A stretch of DNA of 64,000 bases from Azolla caroliniana (lineage: Eukaryota; Plantae; Polypodiophyta). Location: positions 11,346,001 to 11,410,000 of the forward strand of contig JBHGNT010000020.1 of the NCBI GenBank assembly GCA_043228905.1. Reading direction: 5' to 3'. The translations under genes and the position numbers were made by a program. A model generated the notes under the pieces. It saw only the letters and a list, made by a program, of their open reading frames with translations, was not told where the DNA came from and did no database searches. Numbering within the stretch: the first letter of the stretch is position 1; each line of letters starts with the position of its first letter. This document shows positions 29,001 to 42,600 of this stretch, piece by piece.

Positions 29001-29426
29001 TCATTTACTTTCATGGCTTAGATAGAGATTTTAGGACAGCAGAATCAAAAATAAATTGTAAATGTGGCTGATAGATGGGCAGTTAATGGGTACTTAAATG
29101 AATAAATACTATAGACAGGGTAGAAAAATCTTTGTTTCTGGTTGCGGCATTTGAAGGCAACAATGGTTTAATTTTTGTTATCCACTTCACCACAGGAACT
29201 TGCAAGCTTTTACAGTGTGCGCTCTGTACCAATGTTTATGTTTCTTATGGTAAGAGATTTTTGTTACGAATCCTCGCCTTGTGTTTATTCCGCCTTCCAA
29301 AATGTCTAATATGTATTTTTATTTGCTTTCTAGAATGGCTCTCCTGTACAAAGGTTGTTTACCAGAGACAAGCAAAGACTACAGCAGATTGTATGCTACA
29401 TTACGGGACAAAATTTTGACCAATAG
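17065..29426 (+). CDS. TRL4: Chloroplast thioredoxin-like 4 (Lilium-type atypical Trx), 6 exons, 212 aa, CGAC active site
   Basis: Exons are 17065-17271, 25666-25785, 27955-28032, 28161-28247, 29196-29249 and 29334-29426, all GT-AG and phase 0. Motifs CPLDCVREV, VMVDFYSPSCGACKY, KHNVRDEYDE, VPMF and TRDKQRL match the Trx-like 4 family as I recall it. Exon 1 (transit-peptide-like) is the least certain. Confidence 0.85.
18605..24779 (-). mobile_element. Ty1/copia element in Trx intron 1; 3' LTR 18605-18795, 5' LTR 22656-24779 split by a LINE
   Basis: TG..CA LTRs, TSD GAAAC / AAAAC, PBS TGGTATCAG (reverse complement) at ~22640-22652, and PPT at 18796-18805. Broken ORFs cover gag, protease (WILDPGAS), integrase (PPQNGVAER), RT ([15 protein letters not shown]) and RNase H. 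The RT C-terminus is deleted near 19375. Confidence 0.92.
22725..24621 (-). mobile_element. 5'-truncated non-LTR retrotransposon (RTE-like), inserted in the copia LTR
   Basis: ORF 23268-24671 has YTYLGVTF, LLYGVETWG, LRTSSHQLQIEVGRY and RICQLC...ESEEHYVCHC. It is followed by a ~540 nt 3' UTR and a (TTTC)n tail at 22725-22743. Both flanks are the GA-rich part of the LTR. Confidence 0.88.
26380..26500 (-). mobile_element. Short 3'-end copy of the RTE-like LINE
   Basis: AAAGAAAG...CCAAAAATGACCTATAAGACCG...GAGAACAA matches 22735-22835. Confidence 0.65.
26560..27290 (+). mobile_element. Degenerate L1 LINE C-terminal (zf-RVT-like) remnant
   Basis: Broken translation WLLVHRALVVGTWL..CARC...ESQKHCLW and IYYIWKA. 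Confidence 0.6.
27370..27512 (+). mobile_element. Fragment of the RTE-like LINE ORF end
   Basis: Similar to the reverse complement of 23290-23420 (CAAATAAAGGCCATTATC...AGGTGCTTC). Confidence 0.55.
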
Positions 29427-29504
29427 AGTGCATGCTTAAACTTTGTCTTCATTCCTTGTATGAGCTGATTCTTGTAAATATAAAGGATGTTATAGTGAGA
29501 CGAA

Positions 29505-30000
29505 GATGAAGATTTATTATCTGAATGAATACAAACTGCACATAATACAGAATTGTGAAGAAGTTGATGTTTTATTATCTGAATGAATACAAAGTGCACA
29601 TAATACAGAAATATGAAGAAGTTGATGTTTTATTTTCTGAATGAATACAAAGTGCACATAATACAGAAATGTGAACAAAAATCCGAGTTGGAACTTTGAA
29701 TGGTTGTGTTTGTCAAACCCAGAAAAAGCTGAAGGAAAGGATGTTGTATGAGATGATATTTTAATTGGGCTATATGTTCACATGAGGATGGCAACCCATG
29801 ATATATGTATTTAGTTCTTTTGATATCTTTGTAGAACTCAAACTGAACTTTTGGTGGTGGTGTTTGTCAAAACCAAAAAAGCTGAAGGAAGGGATATTAT
29901 TGTGTGGGATGATATTTAATTGACCTACATGTTCACATGAAGCTGGCAATCCATGATATATTTAGTTCTTTTGATATCTTTGCAGAACTCGAGCTTTGCA
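29505..30000. repeat. Intergenic tandem repeats: three ~59 bp units, then two ~170 bp units
   Basis: CTGAATGAATACAAA.TGCACATAATACAGAA occurs three times; GTGTTTGTCAAA...GCTGAAGGAA...TTTAGTTCTTTTGATATCTTTG occurs twice. Confidence 0.8.
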
Positions 30001-30217
30001 TCCATATTCTTATAGACGAATCTGATTTTCTGAAGTGTCAACTGGATTGTTTTAATTACCATCAATTTGGTCTTTCCTATGGTGATGAGAAAAACTTGTA
30101 CAATATGCACTGAGATTGCTTTAGATAAATCTTTTAACTTGTGCAACAATATTTGGAGATATTCATGCCCATTTTTTCATGTATATATACATACATTGAT
30201 ATTACATTACTTATCAG

Positions 30218-30653
30218 AAATCTGAAGCTTCTTAAATGCAAGGCTTGATAATGAGGCATGTCTCTTTCCTTATCGAAGACAAGTAATTATTTTCACAATA
30301 CAAGTTCAGTGAATGTAAGCTGTAAGAGCAAGTTAATGAGCTTAAGGTTGATTGTTACAAAAACAGTGATCATCACATATCCTACAAAATGCTGCTCATG
30401 CCTTTGGCCTGAATATCAAATCCTTGACATAAATCTGAAGTTTCTTAAATGCAAGGCTTGATAAAAACTCAATGAGGCACGTCTCTTTTCTAATTAAAGA
30501 AAAGTAATTATTTTCACAATACAAGTTCAGTGAATGTAAGCTGTAAGAGCAAGTTAATGAGCTTAAGGTTGATTGTTACAAAAACAGTGATCATCACATA
30601 TCCTACAAAATGCTGCTCATGCCTTTGGCCTGAATATCAAATCCTTGACATAA
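30218..30653. repeat. ~220 bp tandem duplication including the NAGS stop codon region
   Basis: AAATCTGAAG...GCTCATGCCTTTGGCCTGAATATCAAATCCTTGACATAA is present twice. Confidence 0.9.
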
Positions 30654-33600
30654 TATTTTGAACCACGAGCTAAATTTATTTTCATCCTCCTTTCATTGGG
30701 AATACAGTCAATGGTGCACTGAGAAAATCCTCGCCTCACAAACCTGTCATTCATGGGAGAAACGAAAGTGTAAATAATAATGCACCTCACTCAATAATTT
30801 ATGAAAACCACTTATAGGGACAACATGTGAATATCTCAATCGGTAATTCATGAAAATGTATTAAGATAAGGGTATCAAGTACCAGTCAGCCGTTCGGGTG
30901 GTCAATAGAAACAGCTTCTCCAATCCCATTTTTAGTGCTTTATTTTCCATGTAATCTGGCATCAATTAAGATATCTCAATCGTAGTTCAAATGGTCATGT
31001 CTACAGTAAATCTATTATGACATTCTTTTTACCAAGCAATTTGTCTCCTTGACCATGGCGTCTACATTCTGCAGCAACAGCAAGTGCCGCAACCTCAGCA
31101 CACTTTTCCTCATTGAAAGGAATCAGGGCCCCACAAGCAATTATACATGCATCCCTTTCCACCACAATGAAATATCCAACTTCTTTGAATAACTGTAAAG
31201 AATATTTTTGAACAATAAGTACTCAAGCAGCAATGCTTATGTAGATCAGATATATAAGAAATAGTAATTTGCCAGATCACAGTACACAAAAATCTCCCGT
31301 ATCACTCACATGCCCATGTTTCTTCAGATATAATAATCAGTAATGTGGATGGAATCATCAGAAACATAAGTGCTCAGATGGTGTTAAAAAGTTCCTATAA
31401 TAATCAGCAAGTGAAAGTAAAAACATTGCTGCACATCTACAATGTAAGAAGCAATGGTCACAATATTGTTCTTATGATACAATTTATAGATCCTGCAGAA
31501 AAAGCAAAAAAGGTGTACGCACACAGAAATTTGCATGGTATCCCTTGAAATATGATAGTAAGCAGTGGTCCTCAAGTAATGAAGCGATAGATCATTTGTC
31601 ATCATGTCAAATTACAGCTAAAATAAGCATTACACAGTGAAATCCACAGGAAAAATCCTCAACATTGTAAAGAAACAAACAAATTCACCTGTTCATGAGA
31701 TCTCTTTATTAAGATTCCATTTTCCTCCAAGGGTTGTAGTAGCTCTTTGATCCTAGGCAAATCTCCTACTTCAGCTGCTCTTGTTCCTTCATATCGATCA
31801 CTGCTTAAACAAAAATAATCCAGATGCTATGAGCTACAGCCATGTCACCTCCATTGGGAACATGCAATAACATATATTTTTCCTAATCTACTCCATACAG
31901 CCTTGCAATCTTGCCTTGCTACCATGGTACCAATACCATCTCTTGTATATAGTTCCAGGAGTAATGCCCCCTCAATTGTTGCATCCAACAGGTGTACTCT
32001 TCGCACGCCGCCCTACAAGAAATATTCACCATTAGTTTGTGACGTTAAGAATTGATGCATATACAACAGAATAAAAAAGCAAAGTTCCTGCATTACTCGG
32101 CAAACAAACACTGCAGCTGTCAGTTCGGATAGATAACCATGTTCTTTGGATAGTCTTTCCTCCCCACCAATTGCCAGTCCCTGACCTCTTTCGGTACCAT
32201 CTCCATTTTGAATATTTCTTGAGCTTTCATTCTCCTTCATGAAATTGTATGTAGAACCATTAACAACACTATTTTCCTTACCATTGTTTGATGCCTCAAC
32301 ACCTAATCTCTTCATGTAGTCAATGCCTGCCACTGCCTTGACATAATTTGAAGCTGTTTCACTTTGTTGCGCCCGATTCCTGATGAGCTCATCAGCTCCT
32401 TGGAGTGTCATAAACCTAATAAGCTCTCCATGTGCATCTAGCAATGGACCGTCTATACAGCTGATCAATTTATCAGCCTGAAGTTCTATTGCACATGCAG
32501 TTGCAACTTCATAGGTGCTGCAAAATAAGCAATTGGCAAGATAGCATGTCAAAACCCCAGTTTTAGCTTGTAAGTATTTAGAACAAAATATGGATAGTCT
32601 ATACATATCAAATTCCTCCATACATCACTTTGCTTTGACAAAAATGTTCATAATTAAGATCTTATAAGAAGTTGATAACAAAAATGCATGATATTGGAGC
32701 CCTTCAAAAAAAAATATCAATTAACTATTTTGCACATGAATAAAGAATCAAGTTTGCCAAAGACCAGTGGATTGGGTGTAGTTGTAGACAATTGTACATA
32801 CTTGCAGTTGAGAACCTCTCCTGAACTAGAGTAACCAAGATTGGAGAGGATCACAATGCAGTTGTCTTCTAGCCTATTCTTTATGCGAGCCACATCTAAT
32901 CTTTTTACTTCACCAGTTGCTCCAAAATCTATACCATCTATGACCCCTCTCCGCTGTTAAACAGATCAACAATGGTTCAATACTAATTCATCAGGAAGGA
33001 AACACAATATTATACCATAGATGTTCACAAATGGGCTTCACCATCAGAAATTTAAATATGGCACACAATCTCTAATAAATATGGTGACTTGCTCAAACAT
33101 TATTAGCATAAGAAACTCATAATCAGCAGCAGAATTTTACAAAAGTGAAATAACCCAAATGTAGAATTTAAAAATGCAAAAATTTACCTTGAAATGTGGA
33201 AAAAGGATAACGTTCAGAATGTCTATTCATCAATATACACGATAATTAGTATTGCCCAGCAAATTTAGACGATAGGAAGATCCACATGGTGAGAAAAGCA
33301 ATTCATATATTATAGTTTGGAATAGCATATCATAGTGATGGATTTGCAAATCAACATTCTATGCATGTGACACATTGGTCATGCTTCTTGCGCACATCTT
33401 TAACAGAGATGTGTGAAGGTTACTATACTAACTGAATGGAACATACCATTGTACAAATCTTCAAGATGGAGATTCCATGATACCTAGGAATAACAAGAAA
33501 ATCATGATACGTCACTATTTGGCCAAACTATATCGCTGATTTCTAGCATCAGAATTGGGTTTATGCCACTCAGCCAGACATGCAGGCTTAAAAAAGGGCT

Positions 33601-36600
33601 TCATCACTTTCCATCATATACAAGCCCATTGAGCCCTTAATGAGAAGATCCCATGAGAGGAGAATCTATTGTTGCTTCATGGATTTCCAGGACTTTGACG
33701 CTGGTCAGTGTGCTGGCAGTGTGTGACACTACTGGAGGCATTAAGAAGACATCTACATGCTTTGAAGTCATTGTATACAGGTAAAGATTTATTCGTAAAC
33801 CTTGGAAAAAACTGAAGTCCTCGTACTTAACACATTTCGAGCTGGGTTTAGGGTTTAGGATGGAAAATATGGCCTCATTTGCACATGCCTCATTTGCAGG
33901 GCCTTGGTTTTCCATATGAGAGGCAGTATGTGCTAAATTTTCCCATCAATATGCAGACCTTGATGGCCTCAAACGATAATTTCCACATACATAGTTCCAA
34001 GAACCATATACTAAACTGTAGCTGATACACTTCGTAGCACTGATTCTTCTTTGCGGCACAAAACTTCTGAGGTCAAACTTTCCAAGGGCATAGAACTCAA
34101 GAGATTTGGAGTGGTCTTTAGTGTCAATAACTGTCCACACGATAATGAGAAAAGCATCAGTGCCCCATGATATAACTTGGGCTGAGATGGGAGCTCCAAG
34201 GGTGACTGAGGCACTATTCTAATCAGTGGCTTGTATCCACTGGGTTTGGGTGCTCCACAGATCACAAGTACTCAAAATGTGCACTGATATCATCAAAACA
34301 GTTGGCAGAACAAGGAGATATTCATTGTCCATATGCTGAAACACAGGAATGAAGCTCCAATCACATGGTATGAATAGATTACACTACTTCATAGAAAGCC
34401 CATTGCACCAACATTCTCAGTGATCAACCTTCCTCCATAACAAAAAATATTGGCCAACATATGAAGTTGACATACTAATTGTCTATGGGACATGGTTGTT
34501 GTCTTTTACTGAACTGCCAAGGTACTAACTTCATCAAAGTTTTCTAAAGATAGACCACCTTAGTGGATTATTGACCATATTATTGATCTCACGAGATTTT
34601 TGTATATACCTTATTAAACTCATATTGTATATCACAAACTCAAGTAGACTGTGTTTGGTCTTTGACAATAACGCAGTTATTGTTATGAGATAGGTTTAGG
34701 AAACTATGTAAAACTAGAAACGATAAAACTATGGTACATTATTTATCGATGAGGTCTTGGTATCTGCCTTACATTACAGCCATATCTGCACATGCATATG
34801 TATCTTACATCATGGTCGTACAAGTACCTTTCCACAGGGATATGAAAGTGAATAGCAAACTTCTGGAAATGTTGGTATATAAAAGAGGAATACATTACTT
34901 TTTTTATCAAGTAAAAGATTCCAGTATTATAAGAAAATCCCTATCTAAGTAAGAAGCAGACCTTTGCAGCAACAAAATTTCCACTTGCAACACCAACCCC
35001 AGTGTGCCATCTTTCATTCTCACCATGGCGTCGTAGCTCAGGAATAGAAAGCTGAGAGGATAGTTTAGCTTCTATTGCTAGCCTAAATTTTCCGGCCACC
35101 TCCATGGAGGCCTCCAATGCTGCATTATCTGTAATCCTATATGGTCCTACGTATCGGGGCTCATGACCTACAAAAAACATTAGCGCCATCAGGAAATATG
35201 CAATCAATATATCATTGAAAATATCTCACATACCATCAAACACTGAATGAACAGGATGTTTAGTAGTAAAAGCGACCTAGGTCCAATATTGAATATGGAG
35301 AGAAAATGTGCAATAGAATAGAATAGATGTCATCCATGACGAGGCCAATTTTGACCTATGGAACCAAATCAACATATCATCTTGCATGTGTCTCCATCCT
35401 AACAAGGGGGTTACTACGCTGGAATAAAATGTTCTATGTGAATAATGCAAGAACATATGTGCTCACCTTTCTTGGTGGACATTGGAGTATGACACTCACA
35501 TTATTATGCCCATCTAGCGAGTTGTTATATTTCTCGTGAATTACCTTGTACATTGAGCATGCAACAAGTGACTCATCCTCCACTAGGTTCTAATTGCATA
35601 TCTTGTATATGTTCACATTGGGGTAATGATGCCATGATGCTACCCCAACACCTAACTTGTGCGTGTGAGTTCAAAGAAGTAGTGTTAAGGCTCTCCGGCA
35701 ACCAAAGCTCATGGGGGTAGTGAGATGTGATTGGATACATTTTGGAAATTTTACCTTGTATTGGGGCCAACATTGGAGGTTAATATTTGTGATGTAATAT
35801 TCCAATTTTGACATTTTCGCATCTTGCCACTTCAACCTTACTAACTCTAGTAATCTATCCTCAATGATCACATACTTCATAGCATCACCCGAGAGCTCCA
35901 ATAGTTCTTTTACTCCACATCTTTTAAACCATTTCATGGCGTCAAGCACCCAGAAAGATGAGAGGATTTTGTTCTTATTAATTATTTGTATCTTACATCC
36001 TATTTTCAAGCATATTCTTGACTTTTGTGATATACTTTTATACTCTTTGCATGGCTAGTACCTCTATGGGTGAGCAACTATTTCTAATAGCATGATAGGA
36101 TAGGATGTTGAGGATTTTACCCCCAATTAACTGTCTAGGTAAGAACATTTTTTGGATTTTCTCTATTTTATTACATGCACTAAGAGAGATAGTGCCACCA
36201 CACTTCTACTCTATAAAACAACAACTGGATCACCATAGGATTGAATAGCATAAATCTCACTTCCCATCCCGGAGTATCACTTTGGTTGCAATATTTCTCA
36301 AACATAAAATAACACTATTCCAACCTTGCTTGAAGTCCAGACTCATAGCATACATTCTACCTATATGTCGATGTGACATCAATACCAAGATATTTGAAGC
36401 TTTGCACCACTTGTATTGGTTCTCCCTTGTACGTAAAAGTGTGGTAGTGTCTTGTTTGTATTGCCTTTATTGCCATCATTTTTGTTTTGTCCACGTTAAC
36501 AATTAGCCCACTGATTTGACAGAATGTGTGTAATACATCAAGTGTTGCATATCATCCAATGTATATGAGAAAAAAAATAACATCATCAACATATACAAGT

Positions 36601-39600
36601 ATAAAAATAAGCTCATACATGGGTTTTGGGCCATCCAGTCCTTCTTTTGCAGCCTTGTTACTATTTCTTCAAGTTTATCGATGCATAGGCCAAATAGTAT
36701 GGGCACCCTTGCTAGATCCCCATGTTGCTCAAAAAGTACTTCAAGAAACCACCATCCATTTTCAATTGGCACTTAACTTGCTCATAAATCGTGCTACAAT
36801 TTCTCTATAATCTAATGGCATTCTGATCCCTATCATTCGTTTCCAAAGCTCACTCCTTGGTACAACGTCAAAGGTTTCCTTGACGTCCACAAAACAACAA
36901 TATAGTATTTTCCCTTGAAGTTGACTTTCTTCCATGAATGTTTTGAACTAAAGCCTACTTGACCAAGTGCTCCTTTGTGTTTTACGTTTGCCCATGAGCT
37001 AATCTTTTGTTCCATGATAGTGCTATATAACTTGGCCATTACTGCACTAACCATGATAGTTCGATACCAAATTTTTATCTCCTCCTTTATGAATTGGTTT
37101 AATCCAATTCATGAGCCAATCTTCTGGAAAACCTTGGTTGTTACCTTGATACATGATAGTTGCTATCCACTGATGAGTTTGTGATTTTGTCCACTTAAAG
37201 AGCTCACTTGTCATTAAAGTTGCATCCACCGCTCAGCCATTAGACATTCTTTTTGCCCCTCTGTAACATCTTCAATAGACACACATGCCTTATATGGTGA
37301 TGCAATACTCAATGTCATAGGCATTATCCAATCATGCAAATAAAGCTTACATACATATGGTTCCATCTCTTAATCAGTGAATTTTCCAATTCTATCTGCC
37401 TTTTCACCTTTGAGTTGTCCCAATGCTAACTTGGTTGGAGTTTAAACATTTGTGTTTTCTTTTTTATTGCATTTGATAGTATTGCCTCTTAGTCTTCCTT
37501 GCCATTATTCAATATTGATACCATGCTAGGGATATCTCATTTTTATCTTTTGTGAGCTTTAACATTTTGAGATGAGCCTTGCATTTATGATCAAAACCAC
37601 GCATTGCATGGGAAACTAAGTATTCGATGTCCACCTACATGTGCACTAAAATATTGATACCCTACCTTGAGAATTACATCCTTCAATTGCTACAAATTTG
37701 TTTTCACATCGGTACTAAGGAAGAGGTTCATGACATAACTCTCAAACTCATTTGCATATAGATTAGTTTTTCCATGTCAAGGTCACATTAACAAGAATAT
37801 GAGGTATGGGGAAAAGAATGCATGCATATTATCCTTGCTGACCTTCCATTTCACTATATTCAGATGGGAACTGAAGGACAGTTCCCATGAAGTCTTATAA
37901 CAGCCAGAAATGAATGTCTCCTAATGGAAAAAGGGCATATGCGATACTAGTGCAGCTTCTCTATCTGTTACCACACACAATGCAAAGGATTTCCAAAATA
38001 TCTTCAAACTTCATTATATATCCTCACGCTCATGTGAGCAGCAACAGAAAGTATTGCATATATAGATCCTTGTTTTACCTTTATTTTTCCATTTCTTGTC
38101 ATATAATTTGGTGATTTGGGAATAACTACTGATCTGGTTTGAATCCTCAAGGAACAAGAAATAACTGAGCTGTAAAACCTAGGCCAGGATGATAAAGTTA
38201 GCATATGACTTACTAGACATAATTCCTGAACCACTGTCTCTTGGGTGCTGATAATTATGCAAATCAACAATGAAATTTATGTTTGCAATGTTTGTTAGAA
38301 TGTTAACACCAGAATTTCCACCTGATTCAGCTGACTTATCCTCTCAGAAAGATGGAAATCTTGCCCTTATAAAAGTCAAGACATGTTTATTAATAAAACA
38401 CACATTCATGTTAGATATCTTCATATCTCATGCCCCTTCGTATTTCCCAATTCAAATGATGTCAAGACCATTTCAAATATACATCCTTATGTTCAAATAT
38501 AAAATCAAAATCAAAATTTAAGCTTTTGAGCAAAAAACAAAACGACACATATTGAGAAAATGAATCATGGTCCACACTCTCTAAAAGGATTTATTATGAT
38601 GCACCAAATCTATAAATGAAATGCAGAAATATGGAGGCTTGTACTATATTTATTACAACCTTTTTCTTTTAGAAGTTTGTCGATTTGCAGATGGGTCCCT
38701 GGTATAATAACGAGCTTATTACCAAGCCCATGAAGAAGAGAAAGATCCTGCACGAAAAGGAATAATGTACTCTTATAAGACCAGAACTTAATGGACTTAC
38801 AAATTGAAAGAGGACGCCCCAGGGAGAGGGAAGAAACACATATATTACATAATTATCTCTAAAGAAGAGATTTTTTCAAATTTCAGTTGTCTTTTGGTAA
38901 CTTCACAATGCCAACATTGAAATGCTATGAACAGAATTCCAATTATTTACAATAAATTTATATAAGTCCAAGCAGAAAAATTTGAGAAGAAAAAAAAATG
39001 TATGTACCTAATGACCTAGGAGGATAATATAAAAAATGTCTATCCAGTTTTAGGAAAAAGCCCATAAGTAGATAAATCTTTTTCATGCATAGATTCAGAA
39101 TTATCTACACATTTTCACTATGTCTTTCAAGTTTTTATGTACATGTGGATCATGCATTTGGCCTACTCTTGTATAATTGTTGGTCCTTGAGACTTTGTTT
39201 TCCCATAAGTAGATAAATCTTTTTCATGCATAGATTCAGAATTATCAACACATTTTCACTATGTCTTTCAAGTTTTTATGTACATGTGGATCATGCATTT
39301 GGCCTACTCTTGTATAATTGTTGGTCCTTGAGACCTTGTTTTCTTGTATAACTTGCTAAATTGTGGGAACTAAACTAAGTATTCAATTAATTATACATCA
39401 TTTAAGAAATTAATTAAAAAGAAGGTAAGGAATTACACTTCCCAACGAACTATAAGCTTGGTTTTAGGCCCATAACCACACATAAACACTCTTATGTGCT
39501 GGCGTATGAAATTGCCATGTGCTCATACCTTGGAATTGAAGAGGTTTACTCCTATGAACTTTCTGGGGGGTGAAAACCAGCAGCCCATAAAAAGTGTAAT

Positions 39601-42600
39601 ACAATGTTATATTATATTGTGTTAATGTCTTCAAAATACCACAGTAACCTATGAGAACAAAAGTTACAATCACAAGAATCTTATAGAAGTCAAGTAAAAA
39701 TGAAGCAAAATGCTTATCACATAAGGTGATCTTCTTATGCCTCCCATGACATCATTACTGTACAAGGGTACATGGTGGAGTGTCAAACTGAAGCTTGGAG
39801 ACTAGAAAAATGGGATGATGAAATAAACTTTCATTGATGGCTTACGTTACATACTATGGACCCCCAGTTTAAAGTATGTGGGTAGCAAGTTCAAGTGGCA
39901 TAGGTCCTTCTTCTACTTAAATGCGGTTGATGGTTAGAAACCATAAAAGACCCTTTGTGGTCATGGTTCAAAGTTTTAAATGGTTTTCTTCCTTATTACA
40001 GTCCCATTGATAAAAAAAGGTCTATTGAGTGTATGTGATACCTTTCGATCACTCTAGCAAGCACAAGAACATATTAATGAGACACTTTGTTGCAATTAGA
40101 CATCCCGATGCTTTCATATTGATAGCTAATATCATAACACTTTTATATAGATGTCTAACATCACAAGGTCATGTAGTATGGACCTTTCAAACTATGTGCA
40201 TGTCTATACCATAGCACAAGGATAGATGTAGAGTATACATCCATATCTAGACTTTGTCCATGTCTAGACCCATTACATTATACAAAAGCCTAGAAACTAT
40301 GTAGTAGAATATGTCCATGTATCTCATCTGGTAAACATTAAGTGAATGAAAGAAAGCCTGTCTTTTAGGAGGCCAAAATGTTCTATGAGACTGAGAAAAA
40401 AGATTAAAACTTAGAATGTTCTCTTGAATTTGAGAACAAACTAGAATAAATATAATTAGATATAAGGTACCAATTAGTATTGTTAGCTAAGAAGTTAAGA
40501 TCCTGAACTTAGATAGGTAGAACATAGATTGAAACTTCTGTCTTCAAAAGTTCTCCATCATGAACCGCTCCAAGATAGAGTTTAAATTTAGCCAAATATG
40601 ATATTTTCTTCTCCTCAAAAGGTATTAGAACATTGAATTCGTGAGAAAGGGACCATAGCTAACAAGATTATGGGTAAACATAAAGCTACCCAGATATTGA
40701 TTCCCCTATTCAAGTTATTGGGGATGAAGGGCCATTGTGGCTTTTACTCGTGCAAGGGTGTGAGCGCATCCTTGCCACACTTAATTTTCATATACATACA
40801 TCTATCTAGAAAACCTAAAATGGAACAGAACCCTATTGTTCCCAAAAAACACAATGCCTCTCTTCTTCTGCTTCCTCTGTTCGTTTCTGCCGCTTTTGCT
40901 CTTTGCATGCTATTCCATCACTCCTTTCAAACTGGAATTAGAGTGAAGATTGAGATGTGTACACTTCTTGGTGTCCGTGTAGTCCACAGGTTACGTTTTC
41001 AGGTAAGTGATAGTCAGCTCAGCTCACTACAAGTCAATGCAGGCAGGAGATGAGCTGGCGACTGCAGTTCATCACGTTTTGCCAACGCGTAGATCATGGT
41101 TGAAGGCAATGGGCTCGTGGCAGTCAATGAGCAGATTAGTCAAGTTTTCGTTTTGGGCTATAGATTATGGCTGGAAGCATTGATAACAGCCATCTCATGC
41201 ACAACAAGAAGCTTGAGAGGGATGCGAGCAGGAATATGGAATTGATTTTGATGAGATCTTCACTCCTGTAGTCAAGGTGACTACATTGAGAACCATTTTG
41301 AGCTCAGTGCAGCTGAAGGCATGGAAATCATACATATGGATGTGAAAACTGCTTTTTTACATGGTGATCTGCATGAAAACATATATAGGCTGCAGCCTCA
41401 AGGGTTTGTGGCAAAAGGCGAAGAGAATATGGTCTGTAAGCTCAAAAGGAGCTTGTGTGGGTTGAAACAAGAAACAAGAGAATGGTATCATAAAATTGAT
41501 ATATTTATGCAGTCTCAAGGTTTTCACAGAAGTCAAGTGAATCACTGCTTGTACACCAAGAAGTCAGTAGATGGCAGCCTGATTATTTTGGTTTTGAATG
41601 TTCATGTTATGTTGATTGCAGGCAGGAATACTCACGCCTTGGGTTCACTGAAGCAAAGTCTTCGTGGCAGCTTTGATATGAAGGATCATCATGAAGCAAA
41701 TCACATTCTTGGCATGTGAATACTCAGAAAACGGTCAAAAGGATTACTCTTTCTGTCTCAACAGGAGTATGTCTCAAGGTTTTGCAGAGTTTCAATATGG
41801 ATGGGGCGGAGACAGTTGGGGGTTAGCAGTTTGATTTATGCTATGGTTGCTACTCGTCCTGGCGTTGCTTTTCCAATGGGAGTGGTTAGCAGGTACCAAT
41901 CCCGCTGGAAAAGGCATTATAGGAAAAGCATTGGGAAGCAGTGAAAGGTATTATGAGATACCTTGGAGGCGCAAAGGATTTGTGCATCTGCTATGGAAAG
42001 GAGAAGGCATCTGTCAATGGCTTTATGGATGTAGACTATGCTGGTCATGCGGACTGCAGAAAGTTCACTTCTGGGTATGTGTTTACCTTCACAGGAGGAA
42101 CAATCTCTTGGATCTCCAGGCTACAGAAGTGTGTTGCATTGTCTATTACAGAGACAGAGGATGTGGCTGCCACTGAGGCACACAAGGAGGCTTTATGGAT
42201 TTCACGACTGGTGGGAGATCTTGGCATTACAGACTGACCTGTTCTTTATCATCACATTCAGAGTGCTATCATGCTAGAACAGAATCCTGTCTTTCATGCA
42301 AAGACAAATCACATACAGGTGAAGTATCACTTGCTCAGAGATGTACTTTGACAGCAAGAGCATTGAGCTTGCCAAAGTGCATACAGATGATAATCCTGCA
42401 TGTGTTCTCACGAAGGTTCTGCCAGCAGAGCGGTTTGCTCATTGCCAATAAATGATGGGAGTTGGGCAGATATACATAGTTCAGCTTTGTACATGATTAA
42501 ACTTAGTTGATCCTTTCTCCTCTTTAAGGCACATGCCTTTAGGTGGGAGGTTGTTGGGAACATGTCAACACACCCATAGCAGACTTAATTTTCATATACA

